Positions 10,077 to 19,015 of a stretch of 64,000 nt of DNA are shown here, in pieces; positions within the stretch are counted from its first letter, which is position 1; every line of letters starts with the position of its first letter. The position numbers and the translations under genes are program-made. The notes below the pieces were generated by a model. That model was not told where the DNA came from and searched no databases. It worked only from the letters and a program-made list of their open reading frames with translations. The stretch is from an uncultured Bacillota bacterium. GTDB taxonomy: Bacteria; Bacillota_I; Bacilli_A; RFN20; CAG-826. Where the stretch lies: contig OX437086.1 in assembly GCA_949299565.1 (NCBI GenBank), positions 102,919 through 166,918 on the forward strand, read 5' to 3'.

Positions 10077-10945
10077 CAATTATGTTAGAACGTGTCTCGA
10101 CATTTCAAAACAATGGGCCAATTTTGTATTTAGTGGCCACTCCAATCGGCAATTTAAAGGAGATGTCGCCGCGAGCTTTGGAAATTTTAAATGATGTTGA
10201 TTTAATCGCTTGTGAGGACACGCGTAACACCAGACGTCTGTTACATCATTTCAACTATCAAAAAGAACTATTTTCTCTCCATGCCCATAACGAAAAAGAA
10301 GCAAGCAAAGTAATTATTTCGCTTCTAAAAGAAGGAAAGAAAATTGCCTACGTTTCAGACGCCGGCTATCCATTAATTTCTGATCCCGGGCGTTTTTTAG
10401 CCCAGGAAGCGCGGAAAAACCAAATTCCAATTGCCGTTATCAATGGGCCGTCTGCTTTTCTTATGGCTCTAATTGCCTCCAATCTTGCAAGCGATCGTTT
10501 CTTTTTCCACGGCTTCTTGCCTGTCAAAAGCGGCGATCGAAGAAAAGAATTGGAGAAATTCAAAGATTTCCCTTACACGACTATTTATTACGAAGCTCCT
10601 CATCGTCTAAAATCAACTTTGAATGATTTTTTAAAAGTCTTTGGCGCTTCACGCCGATTGACTTTGGCGCGTGAATTGACAAAAGTTCACGAGGAATACA
10701 TATACGGGACGATTGGCGAAATTTTTGAGTTATTAAAGGAAGAAGAACTGAAAGGCGAAATAGTTCTTGTCGTGGAAGGCAAAGAAAAAGAACAAAACAC
10801 GATTTCTTCTTCACTTTTATCTGATTTAGAAAATGAATTGGAAAATTATTCTCCGAGCGTTGCGGTTAAAAACATTGCAAAAAAGTATCAACTGCCGCGC
10901 GGAGATATTTATAAGGAATATCTCAAACTCAAAGAAAAGAAATAA
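10073..10945 (+). CDS. rsmI: 16S rRNA (cytidine1402-2'-O)-methyltransferase RsmI
   Basis: Tetrapyrrole-methylase fold with LYLVATPIGNL and ACEDTR motifs. Confidence 0.85.
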   Translation: MTIMLERVSTFQNNGPILYLVATPIGNLKEMSPRALEILNDVDLIACEDTRNTRRLLHHFNYQKELFSLHAHNEKEASKVIISLLKEGKKIAYVSDAGYPLISDPGRFLAQEARKNQIPIAVINGPSAFLMALIASNLASDRFFFHGFLPVKSGDRRKELEKFKDFPYTTIYYEAPHRLKSTLNDFLKVFGASRRLTLARELTKVHEEYIYGTIGEIFELLKEEELKGEIVLVVEGKEKEQNTISSSLLSDLENELENYSPSVAVKNIAKKYQLPRGDIYKEYLKLKEKK

Positions 10946-10953
10946 TTTTATTC

Positions 10954-13900
10954 TTATTTTTTCGTTTCAATGGATAACGACTTTTTAAGTTTTCGCGTGT
11001 CTTTTAAGAATGACGCGAGTTCATATAGCAAATAAAGGCTAAAACCGCCCATCGCTAAGTAAACGCCGGTATCTAAGTATGGAGTGAAATAATCTAATTG
11101 ATAACTGACTTCGCCTTCGGGAGCAATGAAACCTAGAAAACCGCCATTTAGACGATAAAGCTGAATTTCTTTTTCCTCGTCGCCAACGAGAGATTTTAAA
11201 TGCCAACCAGCATCATAAGCTAATTGCGTAACAACGACTTTAGGCTCATTGAAACTAGTAGTAAAAGTGAAACGATCGCCATTGTCGTCGACATCGTTGA
11301 GCGCATGTTCTTCGTCAGTCACTCTTTCATAGATGCTCTCTAATACGGAGCGTTCCATTTTATAAGTTGTAAAGCCACGATAAGTAACTTCTCCGCTTCC
11401 TTTATAGCAAGCGACGATGTATTTAGCGCGACCTTCAACATAGAAACCGAATTGACCGCCCCAATAATTTACGTGTCCGCCAGTCCAATTTTGCATCGAA
11501 CGATATTCATAAGAAAGAAGCACGTTCTCTTCTTTTATAGTTCCGTCTTCATTAAAAGTATCGCCAACGAAATAAAGCCGTGGAGCCTCGACGAAATTCG
11601 GAGAAGGAGATGAAAAATCTAAAAGGAAATAAGCGCCATTTTGATCTTCGTTAAGATAATCTCCAAAACCCGAAGATGGATAGGTAACGATTTTGTCGTA
11701 ATCACGCAAAATGCTTCCGCCGCTGAAATTCTCGTGTTCCAAAACAACATTGGAATCCTCAAGATGACTGAGGAAATATGTTGGTCCCCAATCGATGCCC
11801 ATTTCCTCATTTACAGCAAAGAAACCATAATTGACGCCGGAGCCGTGAACCGTTTCAACGCGTTCACGTGAAGTCGAAATTCTTTCATAGCCTAATTCGC
11901 GCATGCTCGCGACAGGTGTTGAACTGTATGCAAGAGACGAACCTTGTGCAGCCAGTTCATCAAAAAATTCCTCCGCATCCTCATCTTGAACAATCGCGCC
12001 TTCGACATAGACCCGTTCATTTCTTGCCGCTTCAGAAGCAGCGTTCGTGCCGCTTGTATTCGTGTAGAACGCCGAGTGATTGCGCGTTGAAGAACTGGCA
12101 GTTTCGTGTTCCTGATAAATATAATCAACCGCGTGTCCGAGTTCCGGCACTAAATGGTTTTCGTAAACGCGGAAAAGATCGTTTTCATAAACAAGGGTCG
12201 AACCCCATGGCACATTTGCTGTCCAATCATCATAGCCATACGTATACCCTTCGTTTTGAATAACATAATATTTATTCCCGAGAGCAAAATCGAAATCAGA
12301 TCGCTTGTTCGCGTAATAGCCGCTCCAACTCTTGTTGACCACATCCTGTCCATAAACATCATGTCGATAACTTTCGTTATTCGTCATATATGAATAGCGG
12401 GCAAGATCAGCGATTTCATAATTGAAAAGGGAATGGAAAGTGGAACTCCCGTTATAGCCAAATTCCATGTTTGTGTTTTTGTCCAAGGTGGTATCAGAAT
12501 ACGCCCGATAATAGGAATCATCATAACCATCTAAATAATTAAAGGCGTCAGTCGCGTTTTGGTAATACGAAGGTCCGCCATTGAAGGAATTATAAGGCGT
12601 CATATAACCATAAAAGAACGAGAGATTGCCAGATATGATTATTTCAAAAGCCGTAATGCCAAAAAGAATTTTATGAAGCGAGGCTTTGTTTTTCATAACG
12701 ATCAAGATGATACTGACAATCGTGACTAACGCTATTTGGTAATAAACAAGCCAAATTAAAGAAATCTCAACGCCCTGGAAAACAACGCTTCCCGGTACTT
12801 CATATTCGTTTTTGTAATAACCATCAATGATACCAACTTCAATCGTTTGATCTTTAAGTACCAAAACCGTGATTACCCAAGTAAAAAAGGTCAAAGCTAA
12901 AGAGGTCAAAGCTCCAGCTGGTAACACCCACCGCGGCTCTTCTTTTAGATGATCCAAGGCATCAACAGCGTAATAAATAATTAAAGGTATGAGCACAATA
13001 TACCAGCGGCCGTATCCATCTCCGGCAAAAGCGTAAAAGAAATAATAGGCAAAATTGGTAAACACCAAATAAAGGCATAAAAGGAAAGCAATTATGTGTG
13101 ACCACTTTCGTCTTCTAATCGATCTGAATAATGAAGTAAAGAACAAAATGATCAAAGGCGTATAGCAGAACAAAGACGCGGTCCAACTGTCATAATTATA
13201 GGTTCCGCCATTGACGCTGCCTTTCGCTAACGGCAACCATAAATAATTGCAAGTCGGAAAGAAAAAACCTATCAATCCTTGAAGTTCGCGGCCGGCATTC
13301 AAACCAACCGGCTCAAACAAAAGGCCAAACATCGTTGGAATGTCAAAATTTTTCGTAGCGCTGATGAGCATGTCTAAATACGCGCGACCAACAGAAACCG
13401 TTCGTCCCGACAAAGCACTTTGCCTGACAGACGGCAAAAGCGTCCATGCGCTGAGAGAAATGCCAATCACGAAAGAGAAAATTCCAATTGCAATCACTCC
13501 GAGATTTAATTTCCATGAACGTTTTTTAATGGTCATGAAATAACGCCAAACCGCGTAAATCACTCCCCAAATGCAAATGACAACTAAGAAGAAAAAGGAA
13601 ATAACACCTAAAAGAAATAAGCCAAAAACCAAATAGGATATTTTCTGCTCACGTAAAAGTTTCTCAATCCCCAAAAGGATGAGCGGTAAAGAAACCGCCA
13701 TCGATAAATATGTTGGGAAACCAACCATAAAATTGAGATACCCAGAAAAGGCGTAAGCCAACGCTCCTAAGCGAGACGAAGACTCGCTTATTCCCATATA
13801 TCTAAGGTAAGCTCGCATTGCTAGGGCACTGCAAACGCCCTTCAGCATTGCGGAAATAACATAGATTTGCGGCATCCATGAACGGGGAAAAATAAAACCA

Positions 13901-14271
13901 ATAATCAAAAACGGATCGAAAAGTCCGTAGTAAGAATTAGAGCCAATGTTATCGGTGCCAAAATACGTTTCACTGGAATATAGAGGGAAACTTCCCGTGG
14001 CAAAAAAATCGTGCCACATATCCCAAAATTCATAAGACATCGTCACGTATTGCGAGGAATAATCCCACCCATATAAAACTGAAAAATTATTGACTAAAAT
14101 CGCATAACCCATCCACAAGAAGCCAATCAAAAGGATCGTTAAGGCATAGTAAAAGAGCGAATGGAAATCGAAAAGAAAGGAGCAACGATTATGAAGAAAA
14201 CTAGAGAAAGAAGAAAAAGACACAACTTTGATGTTATTTTTAGAACTCGTAGTTGCTTTTCGAATAGCCAC
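10954..14271 (-). CDS. Large polytopic membrane protein, YfhO-family-like (putative teichoic-acid/glycan glycosyltransferase), 1105 aa
   Basis: About 500 aa of multi-TM N-terminus, about 530-aa soluble extracytoplasmic region, single C-terminal TM (VYLAMGGFSLYLLYELASFL). This is the YfhO architecture but longer than typical. GTG start at 14271 with GAAGGAGA 6 nt upstream. Confidence 0.5.
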   Translation of the reverse strand: MAIRKATTSSKNNIKVVSFSSFSSFLHNRCSFLFDFHSLFYYALTILLIGFLWMGYAILVNNFSVLYGWDYSSQYVTMSYEFWDMWHDFFATGSFPLYSSETYFGTDNIGSNSYYGLFDPFLIIGFIFPRSWMPQIYVISAMLKGVCSALAMRAYLRYMGISESSSRLGALAYAFSGYLNFMVGFPTYLSMAVSLPLILLGIEKLLREQKISYLVFGLFLLGVISFFFLVVICIWGVIYAVWRYFMTIKKRSWKLNLGVIAIGIFSFVIGISLSAWTLLPSVRQSALSGRTVSVGRAYLDMLISATKNFDIPTMFGLLFEPVGLNAGRELQGLIGFFFPTCNYLWLPLAKGSVNGGTYNYDSWTASLFCYTPLIILFFTSLFRSIRRRKWSHIIAFLLCLYLVFTNFAYYFFYAFAGDGYGRWYIVLIPLIIYYAVDALDHLKEEPRWVLPAGALTSLALTFFTWVITVLVLKDQTIEVGIIDGYYKNEYEVPGSVVFQGVEISLIWLVYYQIALVTIVSIILIVMKNKASLHKILFGITAFEIIISGNLSFFYGYMTPYNSFNGGPSYYQNATDAFNYLDGYDDSYYRAYSDTTLDKNTNMEFGYNGSSTFHSLFNYEIADLARYSYMTNNESYRHDVYGQDVVNKSWSGYYANKRSDFDFALGNKYYVIQNEGYTYGYDDWTANVPWGSTLVYENDLFRVYENHLVPELGHAVDYIYQEHETASSSTRNHSAFYTNTSGTNAASEAARNERVYVEGAIVQDEDAEEFFDELAAQGSSLAYSSTPVASMRELGYERISTSRERVETVHGSGVNYGFFAVNEEMGIDWGPTYFLSHLEDSNVVLEHENFSGGSILRDYDKIVTYPSSGFGDYLNEDQNGAYFLLDFSSPSPNFVEAPRLYFVGDTFNEDGTIKEENVLLSYEYRSMQNWTGGHVNYWGGQFGFYVEGRAKYIVACYKGSGEVTYRGFTTYKMERSVLESIYERVTDEEHALNDVDDNGDRFTFTTSFNEPKVVVTQLAYDAGWHLKSLVGDEEKEIQLYRLNGGFLGFIAPEGEVSYQLDYFTPYLDTGVYLAMGGFSLYLLYELASFLKDTRKLKKSLSIETKK

Positions 14272-14291
14272 GCTTGTCTCCTTCTGATTCC

Positions 14292-15281
14292 TTATCTTTT
14301 AGATTTTCCTCTTTGTCTTATAAAAGTGGAAGACTTCTTTTTATCTTTTGCCTCTAAATTCTCATTAAAAAGCGTCAAAAATTCCTTAGGACAGGGTGTT
14401 TTAAAATCATATTCTTTACTTGTTAAAGGATTCACGAAAGATAATTCATAAGCGTGAAGAGCCAAACGCTTCAAAGGATTGGAAGGTTTTCCGTATTTAT
14501 CATCGCCAACAACATAATATCCATGGTGGCCAAGTTGGACTCTGATTTGGTTTTTGCGTCCACTGTCGATATTGACGTCCAACAAAGCGTATTTTGCGTT
14601 TCGTTTGAGAGTTTTAAATTTGGTTATTGCCAGTTTCCCGTATTTTTTATTTGCCGTAACATACATTTTTTGCGTGCGATCAATGGCTAAATAATCTTGC
14701 AAAACTCCATTATCTTCAATGGTTCCTGGTTCAACAACAGCGAAATAAGCGCGCTTGCTCACAACTTGCTGCCATGATTTTTGAAGAGCTTCCCGCACCT
14801 CAATCTTCTTTGCGAAAATTAAAACTCCCGATGTGTCCTCATCGAGACGATGAACTACATATGGGCGAGCTCCTCTTTTAAAATTTGAGAGATAATCGGC
14901 AATCAAGCGATATGCCGTTCTTCCTTTTTCTTTTTCGGAGGCCACCGAAAGAAGGCCGGATGGTTTATTGATAGCAATAATGTCATCGTCTTCATAAATG
15001 ATCGGCGGCTTGTTTCTTTGATAACGTCTGATAGGTTCCCAAGCAATCGTCACTTCATCCTCATTGAAGAGCGGTTCATAAAAATAGGAGACCGGTGCTC
15101 CATTAATCGCAACCTGATGATTAGCGATAATTCGCCTAACGTTTTTCTCACTCTGCTTTGGCAAATGCTTTTTAACAAAATCTAAAAGATTCTCCTCGTG
15201 TGTAACTAAATACGTCTTTGTGCGCTCGGGATTTATGAGTCCTTTTGATGAACGCTTGCGTTTTACATCATTTCTATTCAT
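14292..15281 (-). CDS. RluA-family 23S rRNA pseudouridine synthase with N-terminal S4 domain
   Basis: S4-like N-terminus, IIAINKPSGLLS and HRLDEDTSGVLIFAKK catalytic-Asp motif. Track start is a TTG; first ATG is at 15281. Confidence 0.8.
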   Translation of the reverse strand: MNRNDVKRKRSSKGLINPERTKTYLVTHEENLLDFVKKHLPKQSEKNVRRIIANHQVAINGAPVSYFYEPLFNEDEVTIAWEPIRRYQRNKPPIIYEDDDIIAINKPSGLLSVASEKEKGRTAYRLIADYLSNFKRGARPYVVHRLDEDTSGVLIFAKKIEVREALQKSWQQVVSKRAYFAVVEPGTIEDNGVLQDYLAIDRTQKMYVTANKKYGKLAITKFKTLKRNAKYALLDVNIDSGRKNQIRVQLGHHGYYVVGDDKYGKPSNPLKRLALHAYELSFVNPLTSKEYDFKTPCPKEFLTLFNENLEAKDKKKSSTFIRQRGKSKR

Positions 15282-15287
15282 AAACAA

Positions 15288-16133
15288 TTAATTTTCAAGA
15301 TATTCTTTGACCGCGTCGATTGTAGAACGTCCGTCTTCTAAACCATCCATATAGAGTTCCATGATTTTCATAGAACTTTTCTCTGTTGATTTCACTTTCG
15401 GACTCTTGCGTGGATAAATAACAAAAATTTGTCCTTCATCGTTCAATTTGTCCATCTCGTCCATCATTTTATTATAGAGCTCGACACTTTGATCGTATGA
15501 AGAAAGAAGGGAAGGAAAATCACTATATAGATTGTGCATCAATTTTATCTGAGGTTTCTTTTCCTTTGGCTTACGATAACCGCGTTCCCGCGTAGCGATG
15601 ACAACAATTTTTTCTACTTTGCCTAAAAGTGGATAAAAAGGAACGGGCATCACAAGCCCCCCGTCCAAACACGGAATGTTATGGACAGATACAGGCTTAG
15701 AGATAACCGGAAGCGAAGCGCTAGCAGCGACTCCTTGCCAAAATTCTTGATCATGTTTATCGATATAATAAGGCTCGCCAGTTAGGCAATTTGTCATGAC
15801 CGGATAAAATTCAGTCACTGAAGAAAAGAAACGCTCCTTGTTAAAATAATCCCCCGATTGTGGCAGCACAAAAAACAAATAATGAAAATCAAAGACCGAG
15901 CCTTTGGATAAAAGATTTTTTAAAGAATTGAAGCGCTTGTCGCTCATCATTTTAGAAATGAGACGACCGGATCGCCCTTTATCGCCGCTCACAAAATTTA
16001 ATCCCGTTAAGGCACCGCACGAGGTTCCGTATATTTGATCGAAAGTTATATCTTTTTCAAGGAAGGCATCAAGCACGCCGGCAGCATAAACCCCGCGGCT
16101 TCCACCACCTTGAATCGCCAAACCACGCCTCAT
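15288..16133 (-). CDS. Patatin-like phospholipase
   Basis: GGGSRGVYAAGVLDAF oxyanion hole, GTSCG nucleophile elbow (GxSxG) and DGG motif (LDGGLVMPVP). ATGA overlap with the upstream nucleotidase gene. Confidence 0.8.
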   Translation of the reverse strand: MRRGLAIQGGGSRGVYAAGVLDAFLEKDITFDQIYGTSCGALTGLNFVSGDKGRSGRLISKMMSDKRFNSLKNLLSKGSVFDFHYLFFVLPQSGDYFNKERFFSSVTEFYPVMTNCLTGEPYYIDKHDQEFWQGVAASASLPVISKPVSVHNIPCLDGGLVMPVPFYPLLGKVEKIVVIATRERGYRKPKEKKPQIKLMHNLYSDFPSLLSSYDQSVELYNKMMDEMDKLNDEGQIFVIYPRKSPKVKSTEKSSMKIMELYMDGLEDGRSTIDAVKEYLEN

Positions 16134-18016
16134 AAATTTCCTCGGAAATATTCAGCCACAATATCGCGAAGTCTCACAACGGAATCGCGCGATATTTCTT
16201 CCATGTAAAGGTTATATGGAGCCTTCTCAAAAACATAAGAAATGATAATCATTTCGTAATTCGCGTTATCGTCGATTTGATTTTCAGCAATATCTAAATA
16301 CGTTGACAAATAACTATCATGAGCCAATTCACGGAGATAATAGCCCGGTATTTGCACCAGCACGTTATCATTATCGAACGGCAAGGCTTGATAAAGATCC
16401 CCATATTTGACGACTCCAGCAGCTAATTCGGAACGCGCACAACCAGTATTGGTGGCGGCCCCTACTAAATTCGTCCCCCAATTTTCACGTTTGTAATAAC
16501 GATAAAGCGATTCGCTAGCTAAATCGGCTAAAGCTCCACGACTGAGATACTCATCGTTGTGCCCGACTACTTCGTTCTTGATATCGTCAATTAAACTGCC
16601 GTAATAATCAATGAGCTGCGTTGTTTCCTCATGAGGTTCAAGTCGTAATAAAGAATCAAGAGGCATATTCGAATATTCATCGAAATACCAATTGCCGTCC
16701 GCGTCTTCTTTAAAATCGACACGCCAAATATTTGAACCATTGCTATAGCATTGAACATGGGGGATGCCATTGCTATCGACGTTGCCGAAAAAAGAATGAG
16801 TGTGTCCGCCGAAAACAGCGTCAATGTATTCAGCGGCCTCATCCGTTACAAAAAGATCGTCGTTATGGATTGACACAACCACTAAATCGCAATCTTCATC
16901 TGTCTTTAATCGCTCAGCCTCTTCATAGACAAGTTCGGCATAATTGTCTAAAAGCTGATAACCTCCAAGAGATGAGACGGCAATCGATGATTCTAAATTT
17001 CCAATCGCTCCGATGATTCCGATTTTGGCGCCGAAACGTTCGATGATTACAGACGGCTTGGCCCAATCCGGTCTCTGATTGCTTGTATCTGCGATGTTGA
17101 TGCCAAGGAACGGGAAATCCGCTTTGAAAGAATTCTCTAAAATAGCATCGACGCCCCAATCGAATTCATGATTGCCGATGGCCATGCTCTCATAACCGAT
17201 GAGATTCATCCAATTGACCATTATTTCCCCAGAAGTCAAATTTGAATCCGCGCTGCCTTGCCACATATCGCCCGATGATAAAATGACGTTGCCATCTGGA
17301 TTAGCTGCGCTCTCATCGTATAAATACGTGCTCAAACGCTCAATGCCGGCCTGGTAATTGCTCTCATCCATCATCACCGCGCCGTGAGTATCGTTGATTG
17401 TGTAAAAACTGATTGTCTTTTCCTCTTGCTCGTTAGCATTTCCCTTAGTGGATGTAATGTTGATCTCCTTGATTTCAACCGGAGAAATCGGAGCCACCAA
17501 AGCAAAGAAACGATTATTTGCTAACAAGGCAGAAGGCGTGTTCGTTTCTAAATATTCGACTCCTGAGCGCGGAGAGGTTATTGGATAGAACGAGGAACGC
17601 ACACCCAAAAAACCAAGTTCATCATAAGTTTCAAATTCGACGCTTATTTCAGAGAATGAAGCATAAGCGTTGAGATTCGTGATATATCCGCCTTTCTTTA
17701 AGATTAAAGAGCCGTCTTCAATTTCAGCGTTATGAATTCCCAAATTGAAGCCGGGCGCGACTTCATAGACAAAATTAACTTCTTTACTCGAGGAAGAAAA
17801 ATTATTCAAAATCAAGGGAGAATCTAAAACGTCTTGGTAATCATCTCCTATAGGAAAAGAGGTAGTGGGAACGCTTGTATAATTGCTTGAAGACGAGGAA
17901 CTCGTACTTGAAGAATTATCATTATTAGGGCTTGAAAGATTCGGATCTTGGCAAGCAAAAAGCAAGCTAGAGACTAACGTAAGAAAAGTTATCGAAAGCA
18001 ATCCATGTTTTTTCAT
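16130..18016 (-). CDS. Surface lipoprotein, bifunctional metallophosphatase/5'-nucleotidase
   Basis: Signal peptide with lipobox LLFAC. Calcineurin-like motifs (GDMWQGS, GNHEFD, GGHTH) and a 5'-nucleotidase C-terminal domain. Preceded by an about 200-aa Ser-rich N-terminal region of unknown function. Confidence 0.75.
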   Translation of the reverse strand: MKKHGLLSITFLTLVSSLLFACQDPNLSSPNNDNSSSTSSSSSSNYTSVPTTSFPIGDDYQDVLDSPLILNNFSSSSKEVNFVYEVAPGFNLGIHNAEIEDGSLILKKGGYITNLNAYASFSEISVEFETYDELGFLGVRSSFYPITSPRSGVEYLETNTPSALLANNRFFALVAPISPVEIKEINITSTKGNANEQEEKTISFYTINDTHGAVMMDESNYQAGIERLSTYLYDESAANPDGNVILSSGDMWQGSADSNLTSGEIMVNWMNLIGYESMAIGNHEFDWGVDAILENSFKADFPFLGINIADTSNQRPDWAKPSVIIERFGAKIGIIGAIGNLESSIAVSSLGGYQLLDNYAELVYEEAERLKTDEDCDLVVVSIHNDDLFVTDEAAEYIDAVFGGHTHSFFGNVDSNGIPHVQCYSNGSNIWRVDFKEDADGNWYFDEYSNMPLDSLLRLEPHEETTQLIDYYGSLIDDIKNEVVGHNDEYLSRGALADLASESLYRYYKRENWGTNLVGAATNTGCARSELAAGVVKYGDLYQALPFDNDNVLVQIPGYYLRELAHDSYLSTYLDIAENQIDDNANYEMIIISYVFEKAPYNLYMEEISRDSVVRLRDIVAEYFRGNL

Positions 18017-18038
18017 GATATTATCCTAGTCGAAATTA

Positions 18039-18058
18039 AAACCCCTATAAAGGGGTTT
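18039..18058 (-). terminator. Rho-independent terminator after aguB
   Basis: AAACCCCT-ATAA-AGGGGTTT, a perfect 8-bp stem, followed on the minus strand by UUAAUUUCG. Confidence 0.55.
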
Positions 18059-18151
18059 ATGCTCTATGAAGAAATTTGATTGGCGTTATATAGTTCCTCT
18101 CATCTTAGGTTTAATGGCGATTACGATTCTCGTCTTGCTTATTGTCTACGC

Positions 18152-19015
18152 CTAAATAGATGTATCGTCTTTCTTTAAAATTGGACTATATAAATCTATT
18201 CTCCTATCGCGAAAAACGCCCCATGTTTGACGCTCATTGGCAATCTTTTGAAAGTCAAAATCTTTGTAGAGAAGTCCTTCCTCTTCGCGATTGAAAGAAG
18301 AGACAATCTCGCCATGTTCATCGGCAATAAAACTTGAACCATAGAAAATCATTGAGGAGTCGCCAATGCTCTCCTTTCCAAAGCGATTAGCCGCTAATAA
18401 AGGCATGATATTGGCGCTTGCATGACCGCGCATAACGTTTTGCCAATGCTTCATACTATCAAAGGGCAAAATAGGTTCGCTTCCGATGGCGGTCGGGAAC
18501 ATCAAAATATCAGCGCCTTTCAAAGCAAGGATTCTTGCTGTTTCGGGAAACCATTGATCCCAGCATATTCCAATTCCTAAATTGCCGCATGAACTATGAA
18601 AAACCTTAAATCCCGTATCGCCCTCCGCAAAATAAAATTTCTCTTCATAGCAAGCGCCGGTCGGAATATGGCTTTTGCGATAAAGTCCTAAATCTTTCCC
18701 GTCTTTGTCGAAGACCACCAACGAATTGAAAAAACAGTTTCCGGCTTTTTCAAAAAAAGAAATTGGAAGAACTATTTGAAAGCGCTCGGCCATCTTTTGA
18801 AAATGCTTGAGCGTTTTTGAATTAGATCTTTCTTCTGCATAAGAAAAGCTCTCATAATCCTCGATTTGACAGAAATACAGACGAGTAAATAATTCGGGCA
18901 ACAATAAACAATCAACGTGTTCTTTACTTGCTTTTTCAATAAAATAATCGGCTTTTGCAATGTTTTCCTCATAAATACTGCTCATATTCATTTGAGCAAG
19001 AGCAAATCTAGGCAT
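18152..19015 (-). CDS. aguB: N-carbamoylputrescine amidase (CN-hydrolase family)
   Basis: CN-hydrolase triad context (LLPELF, RKSHIP, GICWDQWFPE). Start refined to ATG 19015 (MPRFALAQ...), with AGGAGG 6 nt upstream embedded in the preceding gene. 8-nt overlap with the fusion-gene stop (ATGCCTAG). Confidence 0.8.
   Translation of the reverse strand: MPRFALAQMNMSSIYEENIAKADYFIEKASKEHVDCLLLPELFTRLYFCQIEDYESFSYAEERSNSKTLKHFQKMAERFQIVLPISFFEKAGNCFFNSLVVFDKDGKDLGLYRKSHIPTGACYEEKFYFAEGDTGFKVFHSSCGNLGIGICWDQWFPETARILALKGADILMFPTAIGSEPILPFDSMKHWQNVMRGHASANIMPLLAANRFGKESIGDSSMIFYGSSFIADEHGEIVSSFNREEEGLLYKDFDFQKIANERQTWGVFRDRRIDLYSPILKKDDTSI

Noticed and set aside
11619-12393. Cluster of 60-130-aa ORFs on both strands inside the YfhO-like gene
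   Set aside because: All lie within a continuous 1105-aa reading frame that has an SD and a membrane topology. No independent signals.
18066-18155. 29-aa hydrophobic ORF (MKKFDWRYIVPLILGLMAITILVLLIVYA) on the + strand between the nucleotidase and aguB genes
   Set aside because: It begins inside or next to the aguB terminator hairpin, has no convincing promoter or SD, and overlaps the aguB 3' end. Possibly a real membrane micro-peptide, but unsupported.
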